A stretch of 28,458 nt of DNA from the NCBI GenBank assembly GCA_046757665.1, contig JBHHYO010000035.1, forward strand, positions 1 through 28,458, written 5' to 3'. Source of the DNA: Nitrospinales bacterium (lineage in GTDB: Bacteria > Nitrospinota > Nitrospinia > Nitrospinales > JAJDAT01). Positions 8,851 to 17,897 of the stretch are shown here, piece after piece (position 1 is the first letter of the stretch; each line of letters begins with the position of its first letter). Below the pieces are notes generated by a model. The model was not told where the DNA came from, did no database searches, and saw only the letters and a program-made list of their open reading frames with translations. A program made the position numbers and the translations under genes.

Positions 8851-9609
8851 TCAGTTTTTTTTGGCGGAAAAATAATACAGTTCCCATGTGGCGTAAACGC
8901 CCTGGGGCGTGGTGAATGCGGCGTCATGCTCGCGGATGAACTTGCGCAATTCTCCCTGGCCCATCATACGCACCGGCGTGGCGCCGACCTGTTGCAGGGA
9001 CTTGATCAGCGCCAGGGTGGAGGCGGAAAAGGTTTTCCGCGTTTCCGATTCCGCCGTGACGACCCGGCAGTTGGCTTCCCGAATCATCCGTTTCCATCGG
9101 GAAAAAGCGATCAGGTTCGTGGGGCTTTCGATGTTCGCCGCGTGCCGGAATTCCCGCAGGGTTTTCGGCCCCAGGGTGCTGAAAATCAATCCGCCGCCGG
9201 GTTGCAGTGCGCCGCACAGTCGTTTCAAGGTATTGCCGGGGTCCTGAAACCACTGGAACACCGCGTTGGCGGCTATCAGGCCGACCTTGGGAAAGCGGAT
9301 TTTCTCCGCGTTGCCCGTTATTATACGGGTATTTTCCGGAACCGCCAGGCGATGTGTCAAGCGATCGGTCATGGCGCGGGCAATATCATTGAGCACCAGA
9401 CGCCGAACCTGCCGCGCCAGCAAATGGCGGGTGAAAACGCCGGTGCCGCAACCGATTTCCAGGATCGTCTCGGGAACGGGGTCCGGCAACAGGGCCGCCA
9501 GACGCTCGGCCATGTTCTTTTGTATTTGCGCGTAGCGGTCATACGTTTTCGCGTACTTGGAGAAACTCTCGATGATTTGCGTTTCCCGGTATGTTTTCTC
9601 GTTTGCCAT
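8851..9609 (-). CDS. bioC: Malonyl-ACP O-methyltransferase (BioC-like)
   Basis: FSKYAKTYDRYAQIQ, ILEIGCGTG SAM motif, NAVFQW, FSTLGPKTL.E; lies in the bioF neighbourhood. Confidence 0.85.
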   Translation of the reverse strand: MANEKTYRETQIIESFSKYAKTYDRYAQIQKNMAERLAALLPDPVPETILEIGCGTGVFTRHLLARQVRRLVLNDIARAMTDRLTHRLAVPENTRIITGNAEKIRFPKVGLIAANAVFQWFQDPGNTLKRLCGALQPGGGLIFSTLGPKTLREFRHAANIESPTNLIAFSRWKRMIREANCRVVTAESETRKTFSASTLALIKSLQQVGATPVRMMGQGELRKFIREHDAAFTTPQGVYATWELYYFSAKKN

Positions 9610-9640
9610 GAATGCACATCGCCGCCCGCGGAGTTTTCGA

Positions 9641-11506
9641 TTAAAGCGTCATCGGGTCGGAAGCTCTTCTTCGCGGAAATACGTGGAGAGGCATCACTTT
9701 TCCCGGCAGGTGAATGGTAAACACAGACCCTTTGCCCGGTTTGCTTTTCACGAAAATGTCGCCGCCCATCATGCGGCAGAAACGGCGGCTGATGGACAGA
9801 CCCAGCCCCGTGCCGCCGTATTTGCCCTGGATGGCGATGTTGGCTTGCGCGAACTCGTCGAACAATTTGCCGATTTGCTCCGCGGTCATCCCGATGCCCG
9901 AATCCACGATTTCAAATGAAATCCAATCGACATCGCTCCCTTCCTTTTTGAAGCGCTTGACGTTCAGTTTGATGACTCCGTTTTCGGTGAACTTGCCGGA
10001 ATTGCTCATCAGGTTGAGAAGCATTTGGCGCACTCGCATGGTGTCCGCGACCATGTCGCCGATATCCGGCGGACAGTTGATTTCCAGCGTATTGTGATTT
10101 TTTCTGATGAGGGGTTGAAGGGTGCCCGCCACCTCCTGAATGAGACTTGAGATGTTCAGGGATTCGAGATGAATTTCCATCTTGCCGGCTTCGATCTTGG
10201 ACAGGTCGAGGATGTCGTTGATCAACGCCAGTAACTGTTTTGCCGCGATGCAGATATTTTTGAGGTCGGGAATAAACTCTTTCACGTTCCGCTCGGCGGC
10301 CTCTTCCGTGAGCATTTCACTATAACCGATAATGGCGTTCATCGGCGTACGCAGTTCATGGCTCATGTTGGCCATGAACCGGCTTTTGGCCCGGCTGGCC
10401 TCAAGCGCATGGTCGCGCGCCAGGGCCAGCTGGGAGTTGGCCTCCAGGATTTTTCTTTCCGCCTCGTGTTCCGCCGTGATGTCCCGGACGATGCCCGAAA
10501 ACAGCCGTGATTCGCCAAACCGGATTTCGCTCACTTTCAAAGCCATCGGAAATTCCGCGCCATCCTTGCGGCGGCCCGTCACCTCGCGCGCGGAGTTCAA
10601 TACCGCGGCAGAGCGCGTTTTGAGATAATTTTTGAGATAGGTGTCGGGTTTGGAAAAATGAGGCTCCGGCATGAGTATTTTAAGGCTCTTGCCGATCACC
10701 TCTTTGGCGGCGTACCCGAAAATTTTTTCCGCCGCCGCGTTAAAGGAGAGGATGTTCCCCTCCTCGTCGATCACGACAATCCCATCGGGGGCATAGTCCA
10801 TTATGGCGCGCGTCCGGGCTTCGCTCTCCTGCAACCGGGCGGTGATTCGCCTGGACTTCTCCATAAGAGAAGCATTGGTGATGGCCGCGGTCGCCTGGGA
10901 CGCCATGGAGTTGATGAAGTTGACATACCCCGAGGAAAATGAAATCACCTGGCGGCTTTTGGGCTTGCGGGCATTGATCAATTGCAAAACGCCGATCACT
11001 TCGTTCTCCAGATTTTTCATGGGCGCGACCAACATGGATTTGGTGCGGTATCCGGTTTGCTCGTCAAATTTTTTCGGGCCGGTAAAGTCAAAGGGCTTGT
11101 GGTTATACACATCGGGAATGTTCACCGTTTTCCCAGTCAGAGCGACGTAGGCGGAAACGTTCGACCGCTTGAGCGCAACCGGCGGAAACGTGATCTCAAC
11201 TCCCGTGGCGCCTCCCATTCGTATCTTCAGGGAATCGTTTTGCACGATCTTGAAATGCAGGGCGTTTTTTTCGAGGATATAAAGAGTCCCGCCGTCCGCC
11301 CGGGTAATGCGCCGGGCCTCGGTCACGATCTTTTCCAGAAGCGCGTCCAGGTTGTGCTCCGCGGAAAGCGCGCAACCGATTTCGGACAACCTCGTCAGAT
11401 TTTTCTTTAAATTGACAATCTCCCGGCGGAGTTTCGCGATTTCCTCGTTTGCGTCGGAGTGGGAAAGGGAAGGGCCGCCGGTTTTTCGAGGTTTCATCGT
11501 TTTCAC
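9641..11506 (-). CDS. Soluble sensor histidine kinase (coiled coil, GAF, PAS, HisKA, HATPase), no receiver domain
   Basis: GAF (ADGGTLY...FDEQTGYRTKSMLVAPM...IGVLQLIN), FixL-like PAS (FNAAAEKIFGY...GRRKDG.EFPM), H-box FMANMSHELRTPMN, N-box NLMSNSGKFT, DSGIGM, GGTGLGL. No transmembrane segment is evident. The GTG start overlaps the upstream stop (GTGA); ATG 11497 is an alternative. Confidence 0.93.
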   Translation of the reverse strand: MKTMKPRKTGGPSLSHSDANEEIAKLRREIVNLKKNLTRLSEIGCALSAEHNLDALLEKIVTEARRITRADGGTLYILEKNALHFKIVQNDSLKIRMGGATGVEITFPPVALKRSNVSAYVALTGKTVNIPDVYNHKPFDFTGPKKFDEQTGYRTKSMLVAPMKNLENEVIGVLQLINARKPKSRQVISFSSGYVNFINSMASQATAAITNASLMEKSRRITARLQESEARTRAIMDYAPDGIVVIDEEGNILSFNAAAEKIFGYAAKEVIGKSLKILMPEPHFSKPDTYLKNYLKTRSAAVLNSAREVTGRRKDGAEFPMALKVSEIRFGESRLFSGIVRDITAEHEAERKILEANSQLALARDHALEASRAKSRFMANMSHELRTPMNAIIGYSEMLTEEAAERNVKEFIPDLKNICIAAKQLLALINDILDLSKIEAGKMEIHLESLNISSLIQEVAGTLQPLIRKNHNTLEINCPPDIGDMVADTMRVRQMLLNLMSNSGKFTENGVIKLNVKRFKKEGSDVDWISFEIVDSGIGMTAEQIGKLFDEFAQANIAIQGKYGGTGLGLSISRRFCRMMGGDIFVKSKPGKGSVFTIHLPGKVMPLHVFPRRRASDPMTL

Positions 11507-12189
11507 CCTTGTTCCGGCCTGTTTTGATGAACAGATGTCGTTTCTTGCCAGGACGCCAGGCGCTCGGCCAATCCCCGCAACAGGTCGTGGGGAGAATGCC
11601 CGGCTCCTTCAACGATTTGCAGGTGGGGAATATGACGCTTCAATTCCACGCTATCCAAAAACGGGTCCCGATCACCTAAAAGGGGCAAAAAATCCCTTGC
11701 GGCCTCGCCGCTTGATTTGATGTTGCCGAGAAACTCCAGTCCCTCGATCAAAGCGGAACGAGCCGGCAGTGTCTGAAAAAAATCCTCCCGCGACGGCAGA
11801 TCGCAGTGTGAATAGAAATCATAAAGCGGCGCGTTATCCTTGTCGTTCCTCGCCAGCCTTTTCAAAAGATATTTTAATTGTCCCGCCGGTGTTTTGCCAC
11901 CCATTTTATGTTCCCGGGTGAAGGCCAGGATGGGAGCCAGCAGAGCCTTGCGCGCTGTTTCGGCAAGGCAACGCCGGTGATGAAGCAACCAGAGACTGCC
12001 GAGCGAATAACCGATGTACAAATTCGATGAGTCGTTAAGCAAAGCCCTGGCCTCTTCCGGGTCGCTGGGCCGCAGGGGATAAACCGCCCGCACCGCCGCG
12101 CCGGGGAGACAGCTTTCGACCAGCGCCGCGAACCAGTCGGCAGGAATCGCCCAGCCGCAGACGGCGGTGATGGTTAGCGGTTTTTCCAT
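11503..12189 (-). CDS. Alpha/beta hydrolase, probable pimeloyl-ACP methyl ester esterase (BioH-equivalent), 228 aa
   Basis: Start reassigned to ATG 12189 (MEKPLTIT), which overlaps the bioF end. CGWA oxyanion loop, GYSLG nucleophile, GDRDP acid, GAGHSP histidine; lies between bioF and bioC. Confidence 0.78.
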   Translation of the reverse strand: MEKPLTITAVCGWAIPADWFAALVESCLPGAAVRAVYPLRPSDPEEARALLNDSSNLYIGYSLGSLWLLHHRRCLAETARKALLAPILAFTREHKMGGKTPAGQLKYLLKRLARNDKDNAPLYDFYSHCDLPSREDFFQTLPARSALIEGLEFLGNIKSSGEAARDFLPLLGDRDPFLDSVELKRHIPHLQIVEGAGHSPHDLLRGLAERLASWQETTSVHQNRPEQG

Positions 12190-13316
12190 TGGTTCAGCGC
12201 CGCCAGCAGTTCGTTGAAATGCTCGTCGGCCACCCCTGAGTGCAGGGAAATCCGCAGGCGGGAGGTGCCGGCGGGCACGGTGGGCGGACGCACCGCGCCC
12301 ACCAGAATCCCCCGGTCCAGCAAAGCGTTTCTGAGGTTCAGGGTTTCGTCGATATCGCCGATGATGACCGGCAGGATTGGCGAGTCGAAGGCGTTGGTTG
12401 TCCATCCGGACTCAGTAAGCTGTTGGCGGAACCGCCGGGCCGCCGCACGCAAGCGGCTACGTTCGCCGGAAGCGTTGCGTAGCAGGTCGACCGCCGCCGT
12501 CGCCGCCCCGGTCGGACCCGGAGCCAAAAAGGTCGAGTAAATAAATTCCCCGGCGCGGTTGACGAGATAATCGACGACCCCGGATGACCGGGCCAACACA
12601 TAGGCCCCCATGCCGGCCAGAGCCTTCCCCAGTGTGCCGACCAGAATATCGACTTGCGGCAGAACGCCGGTTTCCTCCGCCAGGCCGCCGCCGGAAGGGC
12701 CGAACACTCCGGTGCCGTGAGCTTCGTCGAGAACCCAGACAAAAGGCAGTCGGGATTTCAGCTCCGCCAATCGCCGCAGGTCGGGGTAATCGCCATCCAT
12801 GCTGAAAACGCTTTCGGTAACGACGAACAGGGTTTCATAATCTTTCCGATTCCCCGTCAGCAGTCCCTCCAGTTGCGACAAATCGAGGTGATTGTAACGT
12901 TTGAATTTTGCCTTGCCCTGCATCAGGGCCTGGATGATGGAATGATGCGCCAGCCGGTCGGCCAGCACCAGGTCTCGCGGGCCGGGCAGATGTTTCATCA
13001 CGGCCTGGTTGGCCATGAAACCGCTGTTGAACAAGAGACCGAAAGGTTTTTGTTTCCAGTCCAGCAATTGTTTGAGGAGCCGGTCGTGGCAGGGCAGAAA
13101 ACCCGACAGGAGAGGCGAGGCGCCGCTACCCGTGCCGAACTCCTCCACGGCCAGGCGCGATCCTTCCATGACTTTTGGGTGACGCCGCAATTGCAAGTAA
13201 TCGTTCGACGACAAATTCACCCGGCAGGGAGGGCAAACGCGCAGTTCGCGCAACAGGCCTTCCTCCCGCCGCCGGGCAAGCTCTTTCTCAAGGCGCTGGT
13301 CAAATGGGCTCGTCAA
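12174..13316 (-). CDS. bioF: 8-amino-7-oxononanoate synthase
   Basis: NLSSNDYL, GSGASPL, SGFMAN, ESVFSMDGD, DEAHG, TLGKAL (PLP lysine), RPPTVPAGTSRLRISL. Confidence 0.93.
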   Translation of the reverse strand: MTSPFDQRLEKELARRREEGLLRELRVCPPCRVNLSSNDYLQLRRHPKVMEGSRLAVEEFGTGSGASPLLSGFLPCHDRLLKQLLDWKQKPFGLLFNSGFMANQAVMKHLPGPRDLVLADRLAHHSIIQALMQGKAKFKRYNHLDLSQLEGLLTGNRKDYETLFVVTESVFSMDGDYPDLRRLAELKSRLPFVWVLDEAHGTGVFGPSGGGLAEETGVLPQVDILVGTLGKALAGMGAYVLARSSGVVDYLVNRAGEFIYSTFLAPGPTGAATAAVDLLRNASGERSRLRAAARRFRQQLTESGWTTNAFDSPILPVIIGDIDETLNLRNALLDRGILVGAVRPPTVPAGTSRLRISLHSGVADEHFNELLAALNQWKNR

Positions 13317-13421
13317 GGAATGGTTACGGGTTGTTGGAAAAGAGTTTCGCTTCAGGAAATTCGATTATGTTATAAAAACCATGGCAAGTCAAAGGCGGCC
13401 TTGCGACCCAGGGGGAATGTT

Positions 13422-13811
13422 ATGCCGGAGATCGGGGATACGGGAAAAGTTTGGATTCGCGGAACGATGCGGCCGGTTTTCGCCGTCCGCGTCGATGACC
13501 GGTTTTTCGTTCCCGGCAGGGAGGACGGCCAATCCATCGCGTACTGGATCGACGAGGGGTTTTTGTGCATCGACCTGCATGATGCGGAAAACAAGGCGCG
13601 GACGGGAAAACGGTTTTCGCTGGACGCCGAGGCCACGGCGGCGGCGACGTTGTTCAGCGGGTTCACGCGCACCCGGCACGCCGATGTGATGGTGACGACG
13701 GAGGAAGCCGGAGAAACCTTCACCTTGAAAGGTATGGACTATGACGCCGCAAACGCCGCCGCGATGGACCGCCGGGCCTTCTGGCGGCTGGCGATGGCTT
13801 CCTGGACTTGA
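13422..13811 (+). CDS. Hypothetical protein, 129 aa (MPEIGDTGKVWIRG...)
   Basis: Fills the gap between bioF and the DUF1566 gene. GGGGGA RBS before ATG 13422, GC-rich third codon positions and protein-like composition. It is the real 3' part of track ORF 12654..13811. Confidence 0.72.
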   Translation: MPEIGDTGKVWIRGTMRPVFAVRVDDRFFVPGREDGQSIAYWIDEGFLCIDLHDAENKARTGKRFSLDAEATAAATLFSGFTRTRHADVMVTTEEAGETFTLKGMDYDAANAAAMDRRAFWRLAMASWT

Positions 13812-13838
13812 AAGAGGCCGCGGCAAACGGCGCGTCGG

Positions 13839-14318
13839 TTACGGACAAACACAGACCAGCCGCGCCGCCTGATGCAAACGCTCGGTTTTGTCGATATACT
13901 CCAGGGAACCGTCGCGCAAGTTGAGATGAAGCGCCTTGCCTTCCTCGTTCACATCATCGACCCAGATGTAGGCCGAACATTTTTCCACGAAGAAGGGGTG
14001 AATGTGGACCACTTCGCCCTGCCAGTCTTTATGGGACAAGTTCGCGTCGAACAAACTCAACGCTTCCTCTCTGGAGGGAAGCCGCCAACTGCTCAGGCCG
14101 CCGGCGTACACCTGGTTCATCAAGCGGACGTAATGCTTGACCTCGTCCCAGTTCTGCCATTTGCCCAGGTCCTGCCAGGAGTCCTTGGGTAGCCAGGCTC
14201 TCCCGGACTGCTCCTCGGTGATGATGCCGCTGGGGTTGTCCTTGAACCGTTCAATCGCTTCCATGATTGCCTGTTGATTTGGTGATGGAAAAATTAGAAG
14301 GGTACCATCAAATTTCAC
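13839..14318 (-). CDS. DUF1566 (Lcl C-terminal domain) protein; start GTG 14318 or ATG 14264
   Basis: RFKDN..G.IT...SG..W, W.E...Y...MN, GG.S.WRLPS.EE..SL and terminal ARLVC match the DUF1566 pattern. Confidence 0.82.
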   Translation of the reverse strand: MKFDGTLLIFPSPNQQAIMEAIERFKDNPSGIITEEQSGRAWLPKDSWQDLGKWQNWDEVKHYVRLMNQVYAGGLSSWRLPSREEALSLFDANLSHKDWQGEVVHIHPFFVEKCSAYIWVDDVNEEGKALHLNLRDGSLEYIDKTERLHQAARLVCVCP

Positions 14319-15175
14319 GGCTGTTCAATCATTTTTAAATAGGCCGCATGGAGCCGGCGGGTGATGGCGCCGGGTTTGCCGTTGCCCAGATGGCGGCCGT
14401 CGGCTTGCGTCACCGGCAGAATTTCGATCATGGAATTGGTCAGGAAAACCTCATCGGCCCGGTACACGTCGTCGCGTTTGAGGATGCGTTCAAAACAGGG
14501 CAACCGTTGCTCGCGGGCGATGTCCAGCACGGTGCGGCGCGTAATGCCCGGCAGGATGGACGGCGAAATCCGCGGTGTTTTAATGACGCCGTCCCGCACC
14601 ACGAAAATATTGCAGGCGGCGCCCTCGGTGATCCTGTTTTTCCCGTCCAGCAGAATACCCTCGTAGGCGTTTTGCCGGGCGGCCATTTCCCGGATGAGGA
14701 TTTGCGACAGGTAATTGCAGGATTTCACCTGCGTTTGCAGTCCGCCGGTCCGCGTCGCCGTTGCGGGAAATAACGCAATACTCACTCCGCGCCGGTACAA
14801 TTTCCGTGGCGTGGGGGTCAGCGGCTGGGCGTAAACCACCACCGTGGCCGGAACGGAGGAGTTGATTGACAAGCCGGGCCGATGGTTTCCCCGAGTGACG
14901 GTCAGGCGGACATAGGCCTCCGGACAACGGTTTTTGCGGATGGTTTTTTCGATGGCGGAGGCCAGCTCCGCCTGCGTCAGGGGTATCGGCAAATAAATGG
15001 ACTTCGCCGAGCGAAACAGGCGTTGCAAATGCAAGTCCAGCCGGAAGACCCTACCGCCATAGGCGCGCATGGTTTCAAACAATCCGTCGCCATGGGTGAA
15101 ACCGCGGTCCAAAATGGAAACACGGGCGTTTTTCAGCGCGACAAACTTGCCGTTGAGATAAACGATGGGTTCCAT
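14315..15175 (-). CDS. Class IV PLP enzyme (aminodeoxychorismate lyase / branched-chain or D-amino acid aminotransferase family), probable PabC
   Basis: Start reassigned to ATG 15175 (TGATG overlap). DRGFTHGDGLFET, HLQRL, KSCNY (PLP lysine), EG..CNIF, ILPGITR, ADEVFLTNS; directly follows the PabB-like gene. Confidence 0.85.
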   Translation of the reverse strand: MEPIVYLNGKFVALKNARVSILDRGFTHGDGLFETMRAYGGRVFRLDLHLQRLFRSAKSIYLPIPLTQAELASAIEKTIRKNRCPEAYVRLTVTRGNHRPGLSINSSVPATVVVYAQPLTPTPRKLYRRGVSIALFPATATRTGGLQTQVKSCNYLSQILIREMAARQNAYEGILLDGKNRITEGAACNIFVVRDGVIKTPRISPSILPGITRRTVLDIAREQRLPCFERILKRDDVYRADEVFLTNSMIEILPVTQADGRHLGNGKPGAITRRLHAAYLKMIEQP

Positions 15176-16692
15176 CAGCCGTTCGGAGCCAGGGCCTGCA
15201 TCATGGCGGCGGCCTTGTCCAAAGTTTCCTGGTATTCCTTTTCGGGAATCGAGTCGGCGACAATTCCGGCGCCGACATGAAAATACGCCTTGCCGTCCTT
15301 GACGACGATCGTCCGGATAATGATATTGAAATCCATGTGCGCTGAGAAACCGATGTAGCCGAAGGAGCCGGAATAGGGGCCGCGGCGGGTGGGTTCCAGT
15401 TCGTCGATGATCTCCATGCAACGGATTTTGGGACAGCCGGTGATGGTGCCGCCGGGAAAAACCGCCCGCAGAATGTCCGCCGGCGAAACGCCGGCAACCG
15501 GCCGACCCTCGATATTGGATACGATGTGCGACACATGCGAATACTTTTCCAGAAACATCAGGTCCGTTACCCGCACACTGCCGTATTCGCAGACGCGGCC
15601 CAGGTCGTTGCGCTCCAGGTCCACCAGCATCAGGTGTTCGGCTTTTTCCTTTTCGTTGAGGAGCAATTCCGCGGACAAGGCGTCGTCCTCCCGTTGCGTG
15701 CCGCCACGCGGCCGCGTCCCGGCGATGGGGCGCGTTTCCAATCGATTGCCCTCCAGCTTGACCAGCCGCTCCGGAGACGAACTGACCAGCGCCAGGTCCT
15801 TGAACTTGAGATAACCGGAAAAAGGCGACGGGTTGACCGACCGCAGTTTCAAATACAGGGTCAGGGGGTCGCCGGGGTAATCCGCCTCGAATCTCTGGGA
15901 CAGGTTGGCCTGATAAATATCGCCCGCCTCGATATAGCGTTTCGCCTTTTCGACCATGGACAAGTACTGCTCGCGGGTGACGTTCGCCCGGAGCTTGAGG
16001 ACCGGGTTGCCATTTCCCGCCGTGGGCGGGGCTGCGTCGGGTTTGTCGTCGTCGTCTTTTTGCAAGTGGGGTAACATGCCGTCCACTTTGTTCCAGACGC
16101 GGGCAATCTCATCCGCGCACCGGTCGTAATGCGCCGCGGCGTCATCGGCAATTTCCGGAGCGGCGATGTATTTCAATATCCCGGTTGCGTGGTCGTACGC
16201 GAATACCCGGTCCACTTGCAGAAAATGCAGGTCCGGCAAAGGCAGGTCGTCGCGCGCGGCGCGTCTTTCAAGGCCGGTTCCCACTTCATAGCCGAGGAAT
16301 CCCACCCAGCCGCCCCAGAAATGCGGCAGGTAATCCACCATCGGCGCGGCGTTGTCGAAATTCAGGCGTTCGAGACAAAACAGGGGCGAGCCCGGCGCGG
16401 AGCGGGTGTAGCCGTTGTCGGAAAAAAACGCCATGTCATTGACGGCCAGGATGGAGCGCCGGTTGCCTTCGCCCATCAGGGAATAGCGGGCGGTGGAGCC
16501 CGGCCCGCCGCCGCTTTCAAAAAGAAACGACTCGCCGGACGCGGCGAACAGGCTCTGGTACAGCAAGGCCGGGTCCAGGCCGGGCACGGCCTTTTCTCCG
16601 CACACCGGCACCCGCCGCGAGCCGCGGCTCAACCGCAAGAATTTTTCTTTGCCGGGTTTCAGATGCATTTCCGGTTTTTCCGCCGGTCTCAT
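15175..16692 (-). CDS. pabB: Chorismate-binding (MST) enzyme, probable aminodeoxychorismate synthase component I
   Basis: Start reassigned to ATG 16692 (ATGA overlap with the permease stop). FLFES, GDIYQANLS, NPSPF, SSPERL, RPIAGTRPRG, EHLMLVDLERND, PGGTITGCPK, GAGIVADS; coupled to a class IV PLP enzyme. Confidence 0.75.
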   Translation of the reverse strand: MRPAEKPEMHLKPGKEKFLRLSRGSRRVPVCGEKAVPGLDPALLYQSLFAASGESFLFESGGGPGSTARYSLMGEGNRRSILAVNDMAFFSDNGYTRSAPGSPLFCLERLNFDNAAPMVDYLPHFWGGWVGFLGYEVGTGLERRAARDDLPLPDLHFLQVDRVFAYDHATGILKYIAAPEIADDAAAHYDRCADEIARVWNKVDGMLPHLQKDDDDKPDAAPPTAGNGNPVLKLRANVTREQYLSMVEKAKRYIEAGDIYQANLSQRFEADYPGDPLTLYLKLRSVNPSPFSGYLKFKDLALVSSSPERLVKLEGNRLETRPIAGTRPRGGTQREDDALSAELLLNEKEKAEHLMLVDLERNDLGRVCEYGSVRVTDLMFLEKYSHVSHIVSNIEGRPVAGVSPADILRAVFPGGTITGCPKIRCMEIIDELEPTRRGPYSGSFGYIGFSAHMDFNIIIRTIVVKDGKAYFHVGAGIVADSIPEKEYQETLDKAAAMMQALAPNG

Positions 16693-17897
16693 TCGTATCG
16701 CAGGGCCTCGATGGGGTTCAGCTTGGCGGCCTTGTTGGCGGGATAATAGCCGAAAAAGATGCCGACTCCCACCGAAAAGCCGAACGCCAGCAGAATCGAT
16801 TGCGTGGAGACGATGGTGTCCCAGTCGCCCAGGCTGGAGACCGCCCGTGAGATGCCGACGCCCAGCAGAACGCCGATGGCGCCGCCCAGAAAACTGATGA
16901 GGATAGCCTCGATGAGAAACTGTTCCATGATTTCCCTTTTCTTGGCGCCGATAGCCTTGCGGATGCCGATCTCGCGGGTGCGTTCGGTGACGGAAACCAG
17001 CATGATGTTCATGATGCCGATGCCGCCCACCATGAGGGATATGGCGGCGATGCCTCCCAGCAGGTAGGTGAAGGTGCGGGCGGCGTCGCCCCAACTGTTC
17101 AGCCACTGCGAGGAGTTTTGCACGTAGAAATCGTTTTTCTTGCCTTCCAGGATGTTGTGCCGGCGGCGAAGCAGGCCCTCAATATTTTTTTTGACGCTTT
17201 CGAGATTATTGATATCGGCGATTTGCACGTCGATGGACTGGAGATGGTTCATGCCGAAGAGACGCTTTTGCGCCGTGGTGACGGGGATGAAAATCTGGTC
17301 GTCCGGGTCCCACCAGCTCAGCGCGCCCTTGGCTTTGGTGACGCCGATGACCAGGTAATTGTCGCCGTCCACCTTGATGGTTTTGCCGACGGGCTCCTCA
17401 TCGCCGAACAGGTTTTTGACCACCGTGGCTCCGAGGATGCAGACGCGCCGCGAGGTGCGCGTTTCCTCGTCATTGAAGAACCGCCCCCGGTCGAGGACGA
17501 AGTTGGACAAGCGCGGGTACTGGGGGCCGGAGCCGCGCACGGTGGTGTTGCTGTTCTTGTTGCCGTACTTCACCTGGCCGCTACGGTACACCTGCGGCGC
17601 CACCCCGGTAATGCCCTGTGTGTGGTCGCGGATGGCGTAGGCGTCGTCCAGTTTCAGAGTGGTGACTTTGCCGGTGCGGACATGGCGCCTGGACTTTTCG
17701 CCCGGCTTGACGGTGATGATGTTGGTGCCGAATTTGGCGATGGTGCTCAGGGTTTGTTTTTTCGCGCCCTCGCCGATGGAGATCATGGAGATGACGGAAG
17801 CCACGCCTATGATGATGCCCAGGGCGGTCAGGAACGTGCGCAGTTTGTTGGCCACCAGGCTACGCAGGGCCATTCGGAACAGGTCCCAGATCAGCAT
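16689..17897 (-). CDS. MacB/FtsX-family ABC transporter permease
   Basis: Start ATG 17897. NKLRTFLTALGIIIGVASVI, GGIGIMNIMLVSVTERTREIGIRKAIGA, PANKAAKLNPIEALRYE. Confidence 0.95.
   Translation of the reverse strand: MLIWDLFRMALRSLVANKLRTFLTALGIIIGVASVISMISIGEGAKKQTLSTIAKFGTNIITVKPGEKSRRHVRTGKVTTLKLDDAYAIRDHTQGITGVAPQVYRSGQVKYGNKNSNTTVRGSGPQYPRLSNFVLDRGRFFNDEETRTSRRVCILGATVVKNLFGDEEPVGKTIKVDGDNYLVIGVTKAKGALSWWDPDDQIFIPVTTAQKRLFGMNHLQSIDVQIADINNLESVKKNIEGLLRRRHNILEGKKNDFYVQNSSQWLNSWGDAARTFTYLLGGIAAISLMVGGIGIMNIMLVSVTERTREIGIRKAIGAKKREIMEQFLIEAILISFLGGAIGVLLGVGISRAVSSLGDWDTIVSTQSILLAFGFSVGVGIFFGYYPANKAAKLNPIEALRYE

Noticed and set aside
15175-16692. Gene symbol trpE
   Set aside because: No trp genes nearby, it is coupled to a PabC-like gene, and the Trp-feedback motifs are altered.
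12190-17106. N-terminal extensions of track ORFs 11503..12405, 12654..13811, 14315..15421 and 15175..17106 as fusions or overlapping genes
   Set aside because: The extensions overlap neighbouring real genes and have junk composition. Internal ATGs give normal lengths with stop/start coupling or a good RBS.
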